In this document: positions 9,302 through 17,933 of the stretch, in pieces | Layout of the letters: every line of letters begins with the position of its first letter | Position numbering within the stretch: position 1 is the stretch's first letter | Assembly (NCBI GenBank): GCA_045047305.1 | Contig: JASFYO010000025.1 | Span: 1-26,538, forward strand | Source: Planctomycetota bacterium | GTDB lineage: Bacteria; Planctomycetota; UBA1135 | Direction of reading: 5' to 3' | Length of the DNA stretch: 26,538 nt | The notes under the pieces: generated by a model | The model's database searches: none | What the model saw: only the letters and a program-made list of their open reading frames with translations | What the model was told of the DNA's origin: nothing | Made by a program: the position numbers and the translations under genes

Positions 9302-9952
9302 TTAGAGAGTGTTGTATTGCCGATCGCCGGCATCTCCAAGCCCGGGAAGGATGTAGCCGCGCTCGTTTAAGCGCTCGTCGAGTCCGGCGAGATAGATTCG
9401 CACCTCGGGATCGGATTCAAGCAAGGCTGCCACGCCTTCAGGCGCTCCCAGGATGCCCAAGAAGCGAATGTCGACCGCGCCCCATTTACGCAGTAGCTTC
9501 ACCGTGGCAATCGCGGTGCCTCCAGTGGCCAGCATCGGATCCACAACTAGGCACACATCGGGGAGGTGACCTCCAGGCAGCTTCTCGTAATAGGTGACGG
9601 GCTGCAGAGTTTCTTCATCGCGAAATAGGCCGAGGTGGCGCACAACCGCGTCGGGAATCATCTCAATCAGAGGTTCGGCCATGCCTATACCGGCGCGCAA
9701 AATTGGAATAATCGCAACCGATGCATCCAAGATAGGGGAGCTACAGGTAGCGACTGGAGTTTGGATGGTGTGCGTTATGGTGGGTAAGTCCGCAGTCGCT
9801 TCTAAGCCGAGTAGGACGGTCAGCTGTCGAACCAGGCTGCGGAACTCGAGCGAAGAAGTGTTTTTTTGCCGCAGACGGGTCAACATGGTCTGCGCGATTG
9901 GATGATTTAGGACTTGGGGTTCCATCGGTAGGCAAGGACGGGTAAAAGGCAC
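9302..9952 (-). CDS. upp: Uracil phosphoribosyltransferase
   Basis: PILRAGIGM, HLGLFRDEETL, PRPP motif VVDPMLATGGT and YILPGLGDAGDR. Start is GTG 9952 (6 nt after TATGAT) or ATG 9925. Confidence 0.97.
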   Translation of the reverse strand: MPFTRPCLPMEPQVLNHPIAQTMLTRLRQKNTSSLEFRSLVRQLTVLLGLEATADLPTITHTIQTPVATCSSPILDASVAIIPILRAGIGMAEPLIEMIPDAVVRHLGLFRDEETLQPVTYYEKLPGGHLPDVCLVVDPMLATGGTAIATVKLLRKWGAVDIRFLGILGAPEGVAALLESDPEVRIYLAGLDERLNERGYILPGLGDAGDRQYNTL

Positions 9953-9999
9953 TCTGGCATCATAAGAAATTATGCCAGGATTCGATTAACCTAAACCAA
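9953..9999. promoter_or_regulatory. Compact divergent promoter region (upp / sulfatase-like gene) with inverted repeat
   Basis: Minus -10 TATGAT (9964-9959) and plus -10 TAACCT (9987-9992); inverted repeat CTGGCAT (9954-9960) / ATGCCAG (9972-9978). Confidence 0.55.
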
Positions 10000-11928
10000 A
10001 TGGATTCTTCCACCCACCGCCTGCCGTTGGCCTATTTCCTATTGGGCTTTTCGCCATTACTTTGGCTAGACGGATGGAATGTATTTGCGGACACCCGCAG
10101 TGGCACAGCAGTGGCTACTTTGCTGCTGTTGCTCGTTGCGGCAGTCCTGGGTTGTGCTTTGCTACGGCTGAAGCCCTTGAATTATCTCCTGCCTAGTCGA
10201 TTGCGCGGTCTACCGGTTGCCGCATTCGCGCTAGGACTTTCTTTGGCCTTATGTGCTCAGCTCCCTACATGGTTGCCTTATGCCGATCTGCCCAAGCTGG
10301 CCCGTCGTCTACTCGACGTGCCGGTGCTTTTTCTGCTGACATTGCTGCTGGCGTATCCCGTTTTGGTTCGCCTGATGGCGTGGTTTCCTTTGCCCAAGCG
10401 CCCTGGGATGTGGCTCGCAATCATCGTGATTTCCAATATGGGCTATTTCCACTGGCTCGATGGCAAGTCTCAACAAGAACTTACCCGCACCATCCGCCTG
10501 CCATTAGGCGAGGAGTCAGCCGAGGCCGAACCTAACGTAATTCTTTTAGTGTTTGACACCATGCGTGCCGACACCTTGCATCATCAGTGGAAGGGGCAAG
10601 CGCATACCCCTTGGCTCGATGCCTACACCGCCGACGCGCGTGTTTTTGAGCGTGGTTATTCTGCTGCTAATACTACGCCGGGCGGTCATTCTGCCCTGCT
10701 TACCGGACGCTACCCTGCAGAGAACGGAACCCTGGCCAAAGGCGAGGTCATCCTTCCATTAAGCGAGGTCACTCTTGCTGAACACCTTCGCGGTTATGGA
10801 TATCGCACGGTTGCAGCTGTGACCAATGCGCGCATCACGCGTGCCAATGGCTTTGGCCAAGGTTTTGAGATTTATGACGATAGCCTGGTGCTTAATGATT
10901 CGGTAATGCATGCCGCATTGAACCGCTTCGGAACCTCTAGTCTTTTGCGTTTGCTCGGCGGGAAGAAGGTAAAGCGTGGGGTCACTGCGGTCAGCAAGCG
11001 TTTATTCCGCTCCAGTCAGTTGGAATTAAATGCTGCCGATACGACCGCACGGGTTTTGGCTTCGGTCGACGCCCTGGAAGCCCAAGCCGGGGAGCCCGTA
11101 TTCTTGTTCGTCAACTACATTGACCCGCACTTCCCATATGAAACCCGTAGTGATCTGGCCGCAAGCTTTGGCCCCAACTACCAGAACGCGGAGATGGACC
11201 AGATCCGCAACAACTCGCTGCAAATGCACGAAATGCTTCGTCACGCTGCCGATGACATCCGCAATGGCATCATCAGCGAGGAAATCCAAAACCGTTTGGA
11301 ATGGTTGCAGGAAGCCTATCGCGAGCAGTACTTAGAGCTCGATGAGGGGGTGAAGGCACTCTTTGAGGGCCTGGAGGAACGAGGGATCATGAACGAGAAC
11401 ACCTTGGTGCTGATTACTTCGGATCATGGAGAGCATCTGGGGGCACACGGCATCATGATGCACGGACGTTCTTTATTCGAAGACGAAGTGCACGTCCCAT
11501 TTTTGTTGATGGGTCCCCGGGTGAAGGCCGGTACTGTAAGCGATCCTGTTTCAGGGGTAGATTTCTTTGCAACCGTGCTGCATGCGATGGGCATGACGTC
11601 CGATGATGCACCAGGCATGATGGGCGTACCTTTGCAGGAAGAAATCCCAATCCGCGTGGTGCGCTTCGAATCGGGGCGGCAACGCGGATTCGTGGTCGGC
11701 AACCGCAAGATGATTGCAGATGATTCCGGGTCCGAGTTGACCTGGATCGAGGCATACGACTTAGGAGAAGACCCAGAAGAAGCGGTAAACCTGATTGACG
11801 CCGGTCTTCCTTGGGTGGAAGCATTCAAGGAGAACCCTCCTATTCAGCCCGATTCTGGCGCTTCGCAAATCATTGCAGGTAGTGGGCAGGTTGACCTTGC
11901 CGCATTGGGTTATGCAGACGAAGGATAA
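10000..11928 (+). CDS. Membrane-anchored sulfatase-like / alkaline phosphatase superfamily protein with Thr at the nucleophile position
   Basis: About five N-terminal hydrophobic helices, then PNVILLVFDTMRAD, TTPGGHSALLTGRYP, FVNYIDPHFPY, ITSDHGE, HGRSLFEDEVHVPF and terminal LAALGY. Confidence 0.85.
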   Translation: MDSSTHRLPLAYFLLGFSPLLWLDGWNVFADTRSGTAVATLLLLLVAAVLGCALLRLKPLNYLLPSRLRGLPVAAFALGLSLALCAQLPTWLPYADLPKLARRLLDVPVLFLLTLLLAYPVLVRLMAWFPLPKRPGMWLAIIVISNMGYFHWLDGKSQQELTRTIRLPLGEESAEAEPNVILLVFDTMRADTLHHQWKGQAHTPWLDAYTADARVFERGYSAANTTPGGHSALLTGRYPAENGTLAKGEVILPLSEVTLAEHLRGYGYRTVAAVTNARITRANGFGQGFEIYDDSLVLNDSVMHAALNRFGTSSLLRLLGGKKVKRGVTAVSKRLFRSSQLELNAADTTARVLASVDALEAQAGEPVFLFVNYIDPHFPYETRSDLAASFGPNYQNAEMDQIRNNSLQMHEMLRHAADDIRNGIISEEIQNRLEWLQEAYREQYLELDEGVKALFEGLEERGIMNENTLVLITSDHGEHLGAHGIMMHGRSLFEDEVHVPFLLMGPRVKAGTVSDPVSGVDFFATVLHAMGMTSDDAPGMMGVPLQEEIPIRVVRFESGRQRGFVVGNRKMIADDSGSELTWIEAYDLGEDPEEAVNLIDAGLPWVEAFKENPPIQPDSGASQIIAGSGQVDLAALGYADEG

Positions 11929-11937
11929 GTTTCAGCT

Positions 11938-12408
11938 ATGGTGAAATTTGATTGGGAAACCGTTTATCGGTCTTCGATGTACGCATTTCGGCGGGCGTCG
12001 GGGAAGTGGTTCCGATTTACCCTGAATGGAGTGGTTGGGCCACTTCCGTCCGATGTCGCGTCACCGATTCAGGACCACGGAAGTTTGCTCATCATGACTG
12101 CGTGGAATCCAATGTCGAAGGAACGTCCACTTTCTGTGAACGAAGATGCGAATGCTGAGCTGCGCAACCGTTTGGAGGCTTCCGGGTTTTCGTTCGACGA
12201 GTCTTATGGTTGCTCGCTTCCAGGCGTTACCCCAGGGTGGCGCGAGGATGGTTTTGTGATTTACGGCATGAGTTTGGAGGAAGCCGTGGAATGGGGCCAC
12301 TCTGTGGACCAGCGCTCCATCGTTTTCGCCGAAGCGGAGAGCATCGGCCTTTTGTTCTGCACCGACGGACGCTTTGTCCCATGTGGCGTGGAACAGCCTG
12401 ACTCCTGA
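11938..12408 (+). CDS. DUF3293-like protein
   Basis: TAWNP.S...N..AN..L, W.EDGF and A..WG...DQRSIVF pattern, as recalled for DUF3293. Confidence 0.75.
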   Translation: MVKFDWETVYRSSMYAFRRASGKWFRFTLNGVVGPLPSDVASPIQDHGSLLIMTAWNPMSKERPLSVNEDANAELRNRLEASGFSFDESYGCSLPGVTPGWREDGFVIYGMSLEEAVEWGHSVDQRSIVFAEAESIGLLFCTDGRFVPCGVEQPDS

Positions 12409-12433
12409 GCATCGCGCGGGTTAGAATGCCTGC

Positions 12434-13315
12434 ATGACGCGCATGACTGTAGACAAGGTTGCTGTGGAGGCTCGCGCTGCTTCCTTCACTACGCGATCCA
12501 TCAAGCAGGCCGCCAAACTTCAGGGGTTGAAAATGGTGGTTGGGATGACCGACCTCACCACTCTCGAAGGCAAGGATTCGGCAGAGAAAGTGCGGGCTTT
12601 ATGCCGCAAGGCGATTTGTCCGGACCCAGTGCTGAAGGGAGTGCCCTCAGTCGCAGCGATTTGCGTTTACCCGCGTTGGGTGCGAGAAGCCAAAGCGCAG
12701 CTGCAAGGTTCCGGAGTTGTGGTCGCAAGCGTGGCCACCGCATTTCCGAGTGGTCAAGTTGATTTGAAAACGAAATTGCACGATGTCGAAGATGCGGTCA
12801 AGGCCGGTGCCGATGAAATCGATATGGTGATTCATCGGGGAGCCTTTTTGTCGGGTGACTATGCCGTGGTGAGCGAAGAAATCCGCGCGGTCAAGAAAGC
12901 TTGTGGTGCGGCGCATCTAAAGGTTATTTTGGAAACCGGGGAGCTGGAGACTTACGACAACGTGGTGCTTGCGAGTGAACTTGCGATTGAAGCCGGCGCC
13001 GACTTCATCAAAACCAGCACCGGCAAGGTTTCTCCTGCGGCCACCATGCCAGTGACTCTGGTCATGCTGGAGGTCATTCGCCGGCATTTCCTGAGCACAG
13101 GCCAAATGATTGGAATGAAGCCTGCTGGCGGCATCAAAACCGCGAAGCAAGCGCTGCACTATTTGGTCATGGTGAAAGAGACCCTGGGGGATGCATGGCT
13201 GAGCCCCGAGTGGTTTCGATTCGGCGCCTCTTCCTTATTGAACGACGTACTCCTGCAACTGCACCGCCAAGAAACTGGCACTTACACCGCAACTTACGAT
13301 GTCACCGAGTCCTAA
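12434..13315 (+). CDS. deoC: Deoxyribose-phosphate aldolase (long type)
   Basis: DLTTL, AAICVYP, VATAFPSG, GADEIDMV, LKVILETGEL, Schiff-base FIKTSTGK, GMKPAGG and FRFGASSLL. Confidence 0.97.
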   Translation: MTRMTVDKVAVEARAASFTTRSIKQAAKLQGLKMVVGMTDLTTLEGKDSAEKVRALCRKAICPDPVLKGVPSVAAICVYPRWVREAKAQLQGSGVVVASVATAFPSGQVDLKTKLHDVEDAVKAGADEIDMVIHRGAFLSGDYAVVSEEIRAVKKACGAAHLKVILETGELETYDNVVLASELAIEAGADFIKTSTGKVSPAATMPVTLVMLEVIRRHFLSTGQMIGMKPAGGIKTAKQALHYLVMVKETLGDAWLSPEWFRFGASSLLNDVLLQLHRQETGTYTATYDVTES

Positions 13316-14777
13316 AACCAAAGCCGCGCCCGAGCTCGAGTTCGGGAATGCGTGGGAATACGCCGCCGCTCCTGAAAGCGTGAAGGTGGAGATTGCCGAT
13401 AAGTACGGCATGTTCATCAACGGTGCTTTCGTAGCACCCAAATCGCGCAAGTACATGGATACTCTCAACCCTGCCAATGAGGAGTTGTTGTCCAAAATCG
13501 CCGTGGCGAATGAAAGCGATGTCGATCGTGCGGTTGCTGCGGCAAAGGCAGCCTTCCCTAAGTGGAAGAAGTTGAAGCCGGCAGAACGAGCGAAGTACTT
13601 GTTCCGCATCGCACGCCGCCTGCAAGAACGCGCGCGCGAGTTTTCCGTATTGGAAACTCTAGACGGTGGCAAGCCGATTAAGGAATCACGCGATGTCGAT
13701 ATCCCGGAAGCCGCCAAGCACTTCTTCTATCATGCCGGTTGGGCAGATAAGTTGGATTATGCTTTTCCTGGTCGTAAGGGACGTCCACTTGGGGTGTGCG
13801 CGCAGATCATTCCGTGGAACTTCCCCTTGCTCATGGCTGCGTGGAAGATAGCGCCGGCGCTGGCCTGCGGTAACACGGTAGTTCTGAAGCCGGCGGAAAC
13901 CACTTCCTTGACTGCGCTGCGTTTGGCAGAAGTCTTTGAGGAAGTCGGCTTGCCTCCTGGCGTGGTGAACATCATTACGGGTGCCGGGGAAACGGGTGCT
14001 GCCTTAGTCGCGCACAAAGATGTGCAGAAGGTTGCGTTTACCGGGAGCACCGCGGTCGGCAAAGCCATCGCTCACGAGTGCGCTGGAAGCGGCAAACGAT
14101 TGACTTTGGAGCTTGGTGGCAAATCCCCAAACATTATTTTTGAAGATGCAAGCTTAGACCAAGCCGTAGATGGCATCGTCCAAGGCATTTTCTTTAACCA
14201 AGGCCATGTGTGTTGCGCCGGCTCTCGTTTGTTTGTGCAAGAAGGCATCATGCAAGAGGTGCTCGCCAAGCTGGAAGTGCGCATGCAAAGTTTGCGCGTG
14301 GGCGATCCGATGGATAAAAACACTGATCTTGGCGCAATCAACTCTCTTGGTCAGCTCGCGATCATCAAACGGTATATCGAGGCCGGAGATGCAGAGGGAG
14401 CGACGCGCCATCAAACTTCGGTCAAGCTACCGAAACGCGGCTACTACCTTCCGCCTACGTGGTTCACCGGAGTGCAACCTTCGCATACCATTGCACGAGA
14501 AGAGATTTTCGGGCCGGTGTTGTCGGTCATGAGTTTTCGCACCCCAGAGGAAGCCATCTCCCGCGCCAACAATACTCCTTATGGGTTGGCTGCCGGAATC
14601 TGGACCGACAAAGGGTCGAAGATTTTTGAAATCGCATCACGCCTGAAGGCTGGCGTGGTTTGGTGTAATACCTATAACCGTTTTGATGCTGCATCACCTT
14701 TTGGCGGCTTCAAGCAAAGCGGATTTGGCCGCGAAGGCGGACGCCAGGGATTGTTGTCTTACTTGGAGTTGGTGTGA
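13299..14777 (+). CDS. NAD-dependent aldehyde dehydrogenase (catalytic subunit)
   Basis: IIPWNFP, LKPAE, FTGST, catalytic Glu in TLELGGKSP, catalytic Cys in FFNQGHVCCAGSR, EEIFGPV; overlaps deoC by 17 bp. Confidence 0.95.
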   Translation: MSPSPKTKAAPELEFGNAWEYAAAPESVKVEIADKYGMFINGAFVAPKSRKYMDTLNPANEELLSKIAVANESDVDRAVAAAKAAFPKWKKLKPAERAKYLFRIARRLQERAREFSVLETLDGGKPIKESRDVDIPEAAKHFFYHAGWADKLDYAFPGRKGRPLGVCAQIIPWNFPLLMAAWKIAPALACGNTVVLKPAETTSLTALRLAEVFEEVGLPPGVVNIITGAGETGAALVAHKDVQKVAFTGSTAVGKAIAHECAGSGKRLTLELGGKSPNIIFEDASLDQAVDGIVQGIFFNQGHVCCAGSRLFVQEGIMQEVLAKLEVRMQSLRVGDPMDKNTDLGAINSLGQLAIIKRYIEAGDAEGATRHQTSVKLPKRGYYLPPTWFTGVQPSHTIAREEIFGPVLSVMSFRTPEEAISRANNTPYGLAAGIWTDKGSKIFEIASRLKAGVVWCNTYNRFDAASPFGGFKQSGFGREGGRQGLLSYLELV

Positions 14778-15655
14778 TGAATGATCTCCGTTTACCAGTC
14801 TTGAAAACCTACAAGTTGTTCCTTGGCGGCGCCTTCCCGCGCACCGAATCCGGACGCTCTTGGCCGATTGAAGACCGCAAAGGGGTCGTCTTTGCACATT
14901 TGTGTTTGGGCTCGCGCAAGGATCTGCGTAATGCCGTGGTCGCAGCGCGCAAGGCGCAGGATGGTTGGGCCCGACGCACCGCCTACAACCGTGGCCAAGT
15001 GCTTTACCGCATGGCCGAAATGTTAGAGGGCAAGACTGCGGAGTTTGCCGAAGCGATGGCACAAACGATGCCTGGAGGCATGCGTCGCGCGCGCAAAGAA
15101 GTCGAGGCGGCCGTCGATCGCCTAGTTTCTTTCGCCGGATGGGCGGATAAGTACAGCCAGGTGCTTGGCTGCAATAACCCGGTTGCCGGTCCCTTCTACA
15201 ACTTCACCATTGCAGAGGCGATGGGCGTGGTCGGTGTCGTTGCGCCGAAAGACGAACCGCTTTTAGGTTTAGTCAGTTTGCTCGCTCCAGTCTTGGTGGC
15301 CGGCAATGCAGCCGTGGTGGTTGGCAGTGAGGCGCATCCACTCGCGACCGCTATTTTTGGAGAGGTCTGCGCAACGTCGGATGTGCCGGCGGGGGTGGTG
15401 AATCTCATCACTGGAAAGCGAAAGGAATTGCTCGAGGTCATGGCGACTCATCGTGATATCGATGGCATCGCTGCTGCGCAGTGCTCGAAGGCCGAGCGCA
15501 TCACCTTGGAATCTGGCGTTGCGGAAAACCTTAAACGCGTCACGATAGAGAAGGTGAGCGAAAAAGACTGGTACGACGTGGCCAAAATGCATGCGCCGTA
15601 TCGCATCCAGCCTTTTGTCGAGATGAAAACCATTTGGCATCCGTCGGGAGCTTAG
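14777..15655 (+). CDS. Truncated, non-catalytic aldehyde dehydrogenase-like protein (ALDH16 C-terminal domain-like)
   Basis: Rossmann-type N-terminal part (KTYKLFLGG, RGQVLYRMAEML, AGWADK, GVVNLITG) but no ELGGK or catalytic Cys domain; ends FVEMKTIWHP; TGATG coupling to the upstream ALDH (GTG 14774 is the alternative start). Confidence 0.85.
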   Translation: MNDLRLPVLKTYKLFLGGAFPRTESGRSWPIEDRKGVVFAHLCLGSRKDLRNAVVAARKAQDGWARRTAYNRGQVLYRMAEMLEGKTAEFAEAMAQTMPGGMRRARKEVEAAVDRLVSFAGWADKYSQVLGCNNPVAGPFYNFTIAEAMGVVGVVAPKDEPLLGLVSLLAPVLVAGNAAVVVGSEAHPLATAIFGEVCATSDVPAGVVNLITGKRKELLEVMATHRDIDGIAAAQCSKAERITLESGVAENLKRVTIEKVSEKDWYDVAKMHAPYRIQPFVEMKTIWHPSGA

Positions 15656-15661
15656 TCAAGA

Positions 15662-16153
15662 ATGATGCCGGATTTGCGTTTTGCCCGTGACCAGGATTCG
15701 GCTGGCATCATTGCGCTGATTGACGCCTGCTATAGCGAATATCCACCCAATGTTTTAGACGTGGATCTGGAAGAGCCGGAACTTCGCACACCTGCTTCCT
15801 CCTTTGAAGCCTTTTGGGTGCTGGAGAATGCGGAGCAGCGCATCGTCGGTTGCATTGCGCTGGCTACCGTGGAGGCAGGCAGGTGCATCGAGTTGAAGAA
15901 GTGTTATGTCGCGCAGGAGCTGCGTGGGACGGGACAGGGTCGACGTTTGATCGAAACAGTGGAGGCCTGGGCTCGGGCGCGCGGGATTCCAGAAGTGGAA
16001 TTGTGGAGCGACTCGCGCATGACCCTAGCGCACAAGGTTTACGCCAAACTTGGATACGTGCCATCCGGGCGCACCCGTGATTTGCATGACATCAGTGAAA
16101 CCACCGAGCTCTACTTTTTCAAGTACCTAGCGCGGTCTGAGATACGAATTTGA
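15662..16153 (+). CDS. GNAT-family N-acetyltransferase
   Basis: IVGCIAL, ELKKCYV, acetyl-CoA motif RGTGQGRRL and A.KVYAKLGY. Confidence 0.9.
   Translation: MMPDLRFARDQDSAGIIALIDACYSEYPPNVLDVDLEEPELRTPASSFEAFWVLENAEQRIVGCIALATVEAGRCIELKKCYVAQELRGTGQGRRLIETVEAWARARGIPEVELWSDSRMTLAHKVYAKLGYVPSGRTRDLHDISETTELYFFKYLARSEIRI
16102..16133 (+). repeat. Left copy of a 32-bp direct repeat, inside the GNAT 3' end
   Basis: caccgagctctactttttcaagtacctagcgc; 28 of 32 positions identical to 17902-17933. Confidence 0.9.
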
Positions 16154-16203
16154 GAATTACTCATTCGTGCGAAAAAGCACGGAATCGTCTTCTTTTTGCT
16201 AGA

Positions 16204-16232
16204 TTGCGGCGGCATGTTATTTGCAATAAAGT
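16204..16232 (+). promoter_or_regulatory. Candidate sigma70 promoter of the propeller gene
   Basis: TTGCGG (16204-16209), 17 nt, TAAAGT (16227-16232) in an AT-rich spacer. Confidence 0.4.
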
Positions 16233-16304
16233 GAGTCTTGACCAAAAAAGTTCCTGGCGCTTCTTTTTTTGATGCCCGCGCACCACTTCCTTTTTCTTTA
16301 CTTG

Positions 16305-17891
16305 ATGAAACATTCTCTCACCCTTTTCTTTCTGATAGCCGCCTTGATTCCACAAGATGTCTTTGGGCAGGGCATAGTTAGGCTTAGTGTTGATGTTAAG
16401 GGCGTTGAGGGGAATTCACTTTCTGTAAGGCCAGTGGTTTCCGGAGATGGTCGCTATATTGCATTTACGAGTGCTGCTTCAAATCTTGTCCCAATGGATA
16501 CCAATGGCCAGGCCGATGTCTTTGTCTTCGATAGGATTCTCGGTATTACCACCCTCATAAGTAAAAGCTCAACCGGCGTTCAAGGAACCTGGGGCGGAGG
16601 GAATCCGGCAATCTCTGGAGATGGTCGCTTCATCGCTTTTGATAGTCAGTCAGATAATCTTGTTTCAGGAGACGCAAACGGGGAATTTGATATATTTGTT
16701 CATGACAGATTAACCAGTGAAACAACTAGAGTCAGTGTCGATTCCTATGGGGCGGAGGGTAATGGATATTCTGTTTTTCCGTCAATTTCTGCTGATGGGA
16801 GCACAGTCGCATTCGAAAGTTGGGCTAGAAATTTAGTGCCTGGTGATACGAATGCTTACGGAGATGTTTTTGTACATGAAATGGCTAGCGGGATAACTAC
16901 CCGTGTAAGCGTGAGATCGTCTGGCGTGGAGGCGATTGGCGCTTCGCAATTTGCTTCCCTATCCGCTGACGGGCGGTTTGTTGCATTCCATAGTCGCGCT
17001 GACAACTTGGTCCAGGGTGACTCGAACCGTTCTTTTGACACATTTCTGCATGATCGTTCAAGTGGGCAAACTACTAGAGTTAGCGTTAGCTCAGCAGGGG
17101 CGGAGGGTGACTATGGAACATTTGCTGTCTATGCGCCGGGGATTTCGGCAAATGGTCGGGTCGTAGCCTTCTCCAGTTGGGCAACCAATCTAGTTGCGGG
17201 AGATACTAACGCAACATGTGATATTTTTGTTCATGATCGCGTGACGGGGAACACCTCCCGTGTCAGTATTGATTCTCAAGGACTACAAGGGAATGGCCTT
17301 TCCAGAATCCCAACTCTTTCAGGTGATGGCCGTTTTGTAGCTTTTGACAGCACTGCATCAAACTTGGTTTCCGGAGACACGAATCAAGTGAACGACGTGT
17401 TCGTCCACGATCGCTTGAGTGGGAGTACCCACAGGGTTAACGTGGATTCTGCAGGAGGACAGGGTGACCTTGAAGCATTGGATGCCTCGATTTCAGGAAA
17501 TGGGCGTTACGTCGTTTTTGAAAGCCCTTCATCCAATTTGGTGTCAGGAGACTTGAATGGCGTGTCAGACATTTTTTTATTCGATCAATTTGGCCCTGCA
17601 CTTAGCAAGGAAGGAACCTGCCCAGGAAATTTGACTCTTACAGTTTCAGGAGGAGTTATTGGGCAGAATGTCGTTCTTGTTTATGGAAGGCAAGGAGTGT
17701 TTGTTAAACCGGGACCACCTTGTCAGGGGATAGTTTTAGATTTGGCAAACCCTACTTTTGGAGTGACGGTTCAAACTAAACTGGGGGGAGTCGCTGTAGT
17801 TCCATTGATTGCTCCTGCAGGGGCATGCGGCCAAACGATACAGGCAGTGGATTTGTCGACCTGTAACGTTTCGAATCCGATTGTTCTTTGA
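16305..17891 (+). CDS. Secreted TolB/PD40-like seven-bladed beta-propeller with a Cys-containing C-terminal domain
   Basis: Signal peptide MKHSLTLFFLIAALIPQDVFG|Q; seven ~56-aa repeats (P.ISGDGRFVAF.S.A.NLV.GDTN...DIFVHDR..G.TTRVSV); ~100-aa tail with four Cys. The track start at 16269 is less likely than ATG 16305. Confidence 0.88.
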   Translation: MKHSLTLFFLIAALIPQDVFGQGIVRLSVDVKGVEGNSLSVRPVVSGDGRYIAFTSAASNLVPMDTNGQADVFVFDRILGITTLISKSSTGVQGTWGGGNPAISGDGRFIAFDSQSDNLVSGDANGEFDIFVHDRLTSETTRVSVDSYGAEGNGYSVFPSISADGSTVAFESWARNLVPGDTNAYGDVFVHEMASGITTRVSVRSSGVEAIGASQFASLSADGRFVAFHSRADNLVQGDSNRSFDTFLHDRSSGQTTRVSVSSAGAEGDYGTFAVYAPGISANGRVVAFSSWATNLVAGDTNATCDIFVHDRVTGNTSRVSIDSQGLQGNGLSRIPTLSGDGRFVAFDSTASNLVSGDTNQVNDVFVHDRLSGSTHRVNVDSAGGQGDLEALDASISGNGRYVVFESPSSNLVSGDLNGVSDIFLFDQFGPALSKEGTCPGNLTLTVSGGVIGQNVVLVYGRQGVFVKPGPPCQGIVLDLANPTFGVTVQTKLGGVAVVPLIAPAGACGQTIQAVDLSTCNVSNPIVL

Positions 17892-17901
17892 GGGGAGTTG
17901 T

Positions 17902-17933
17902 CACCGAGCTCTACTTCGTGAAGCACCTAGCGC
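17902..17933 (+). repeat. Right copy of the 32-bp direct repeat (displaced GNAT 3' end)
   Basis: caccgagctctacttcgtgaagcacctagcgc; 17903-17938 reads TELYFVKHLAL* and overlaps the nnrS stop. Confidence 0.9.

Larger units (their letters stand above)
16102..17933. mobile_element. 1.8-kb inserted segment (single-gene islet) bounded by direct repeats; no integrase or transposase
   Basis: Repeats exactly 1800 bp apart; the cargo gene is visibly more AT-rich than its flanks (four of five 60-nt lines counted were 37-45% GC, one was 62%; a flanking GNAT line was 58%); the right repeat preserves an in-frame GNAT C-terminus. Confidence 0.7.

Noticed and set aside
9954..9978. Sigma54-like TGGCA motifs
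   Set aside because: No GC at the -12 position on either strand.
14774..15655. Second ALDH as a pseudogene
   Set aside because: Intact, coupled reading frame with a clean absence of the catalytic domain and a retained C-terminal strand, consistent with a functional ALDH16-like subunit.
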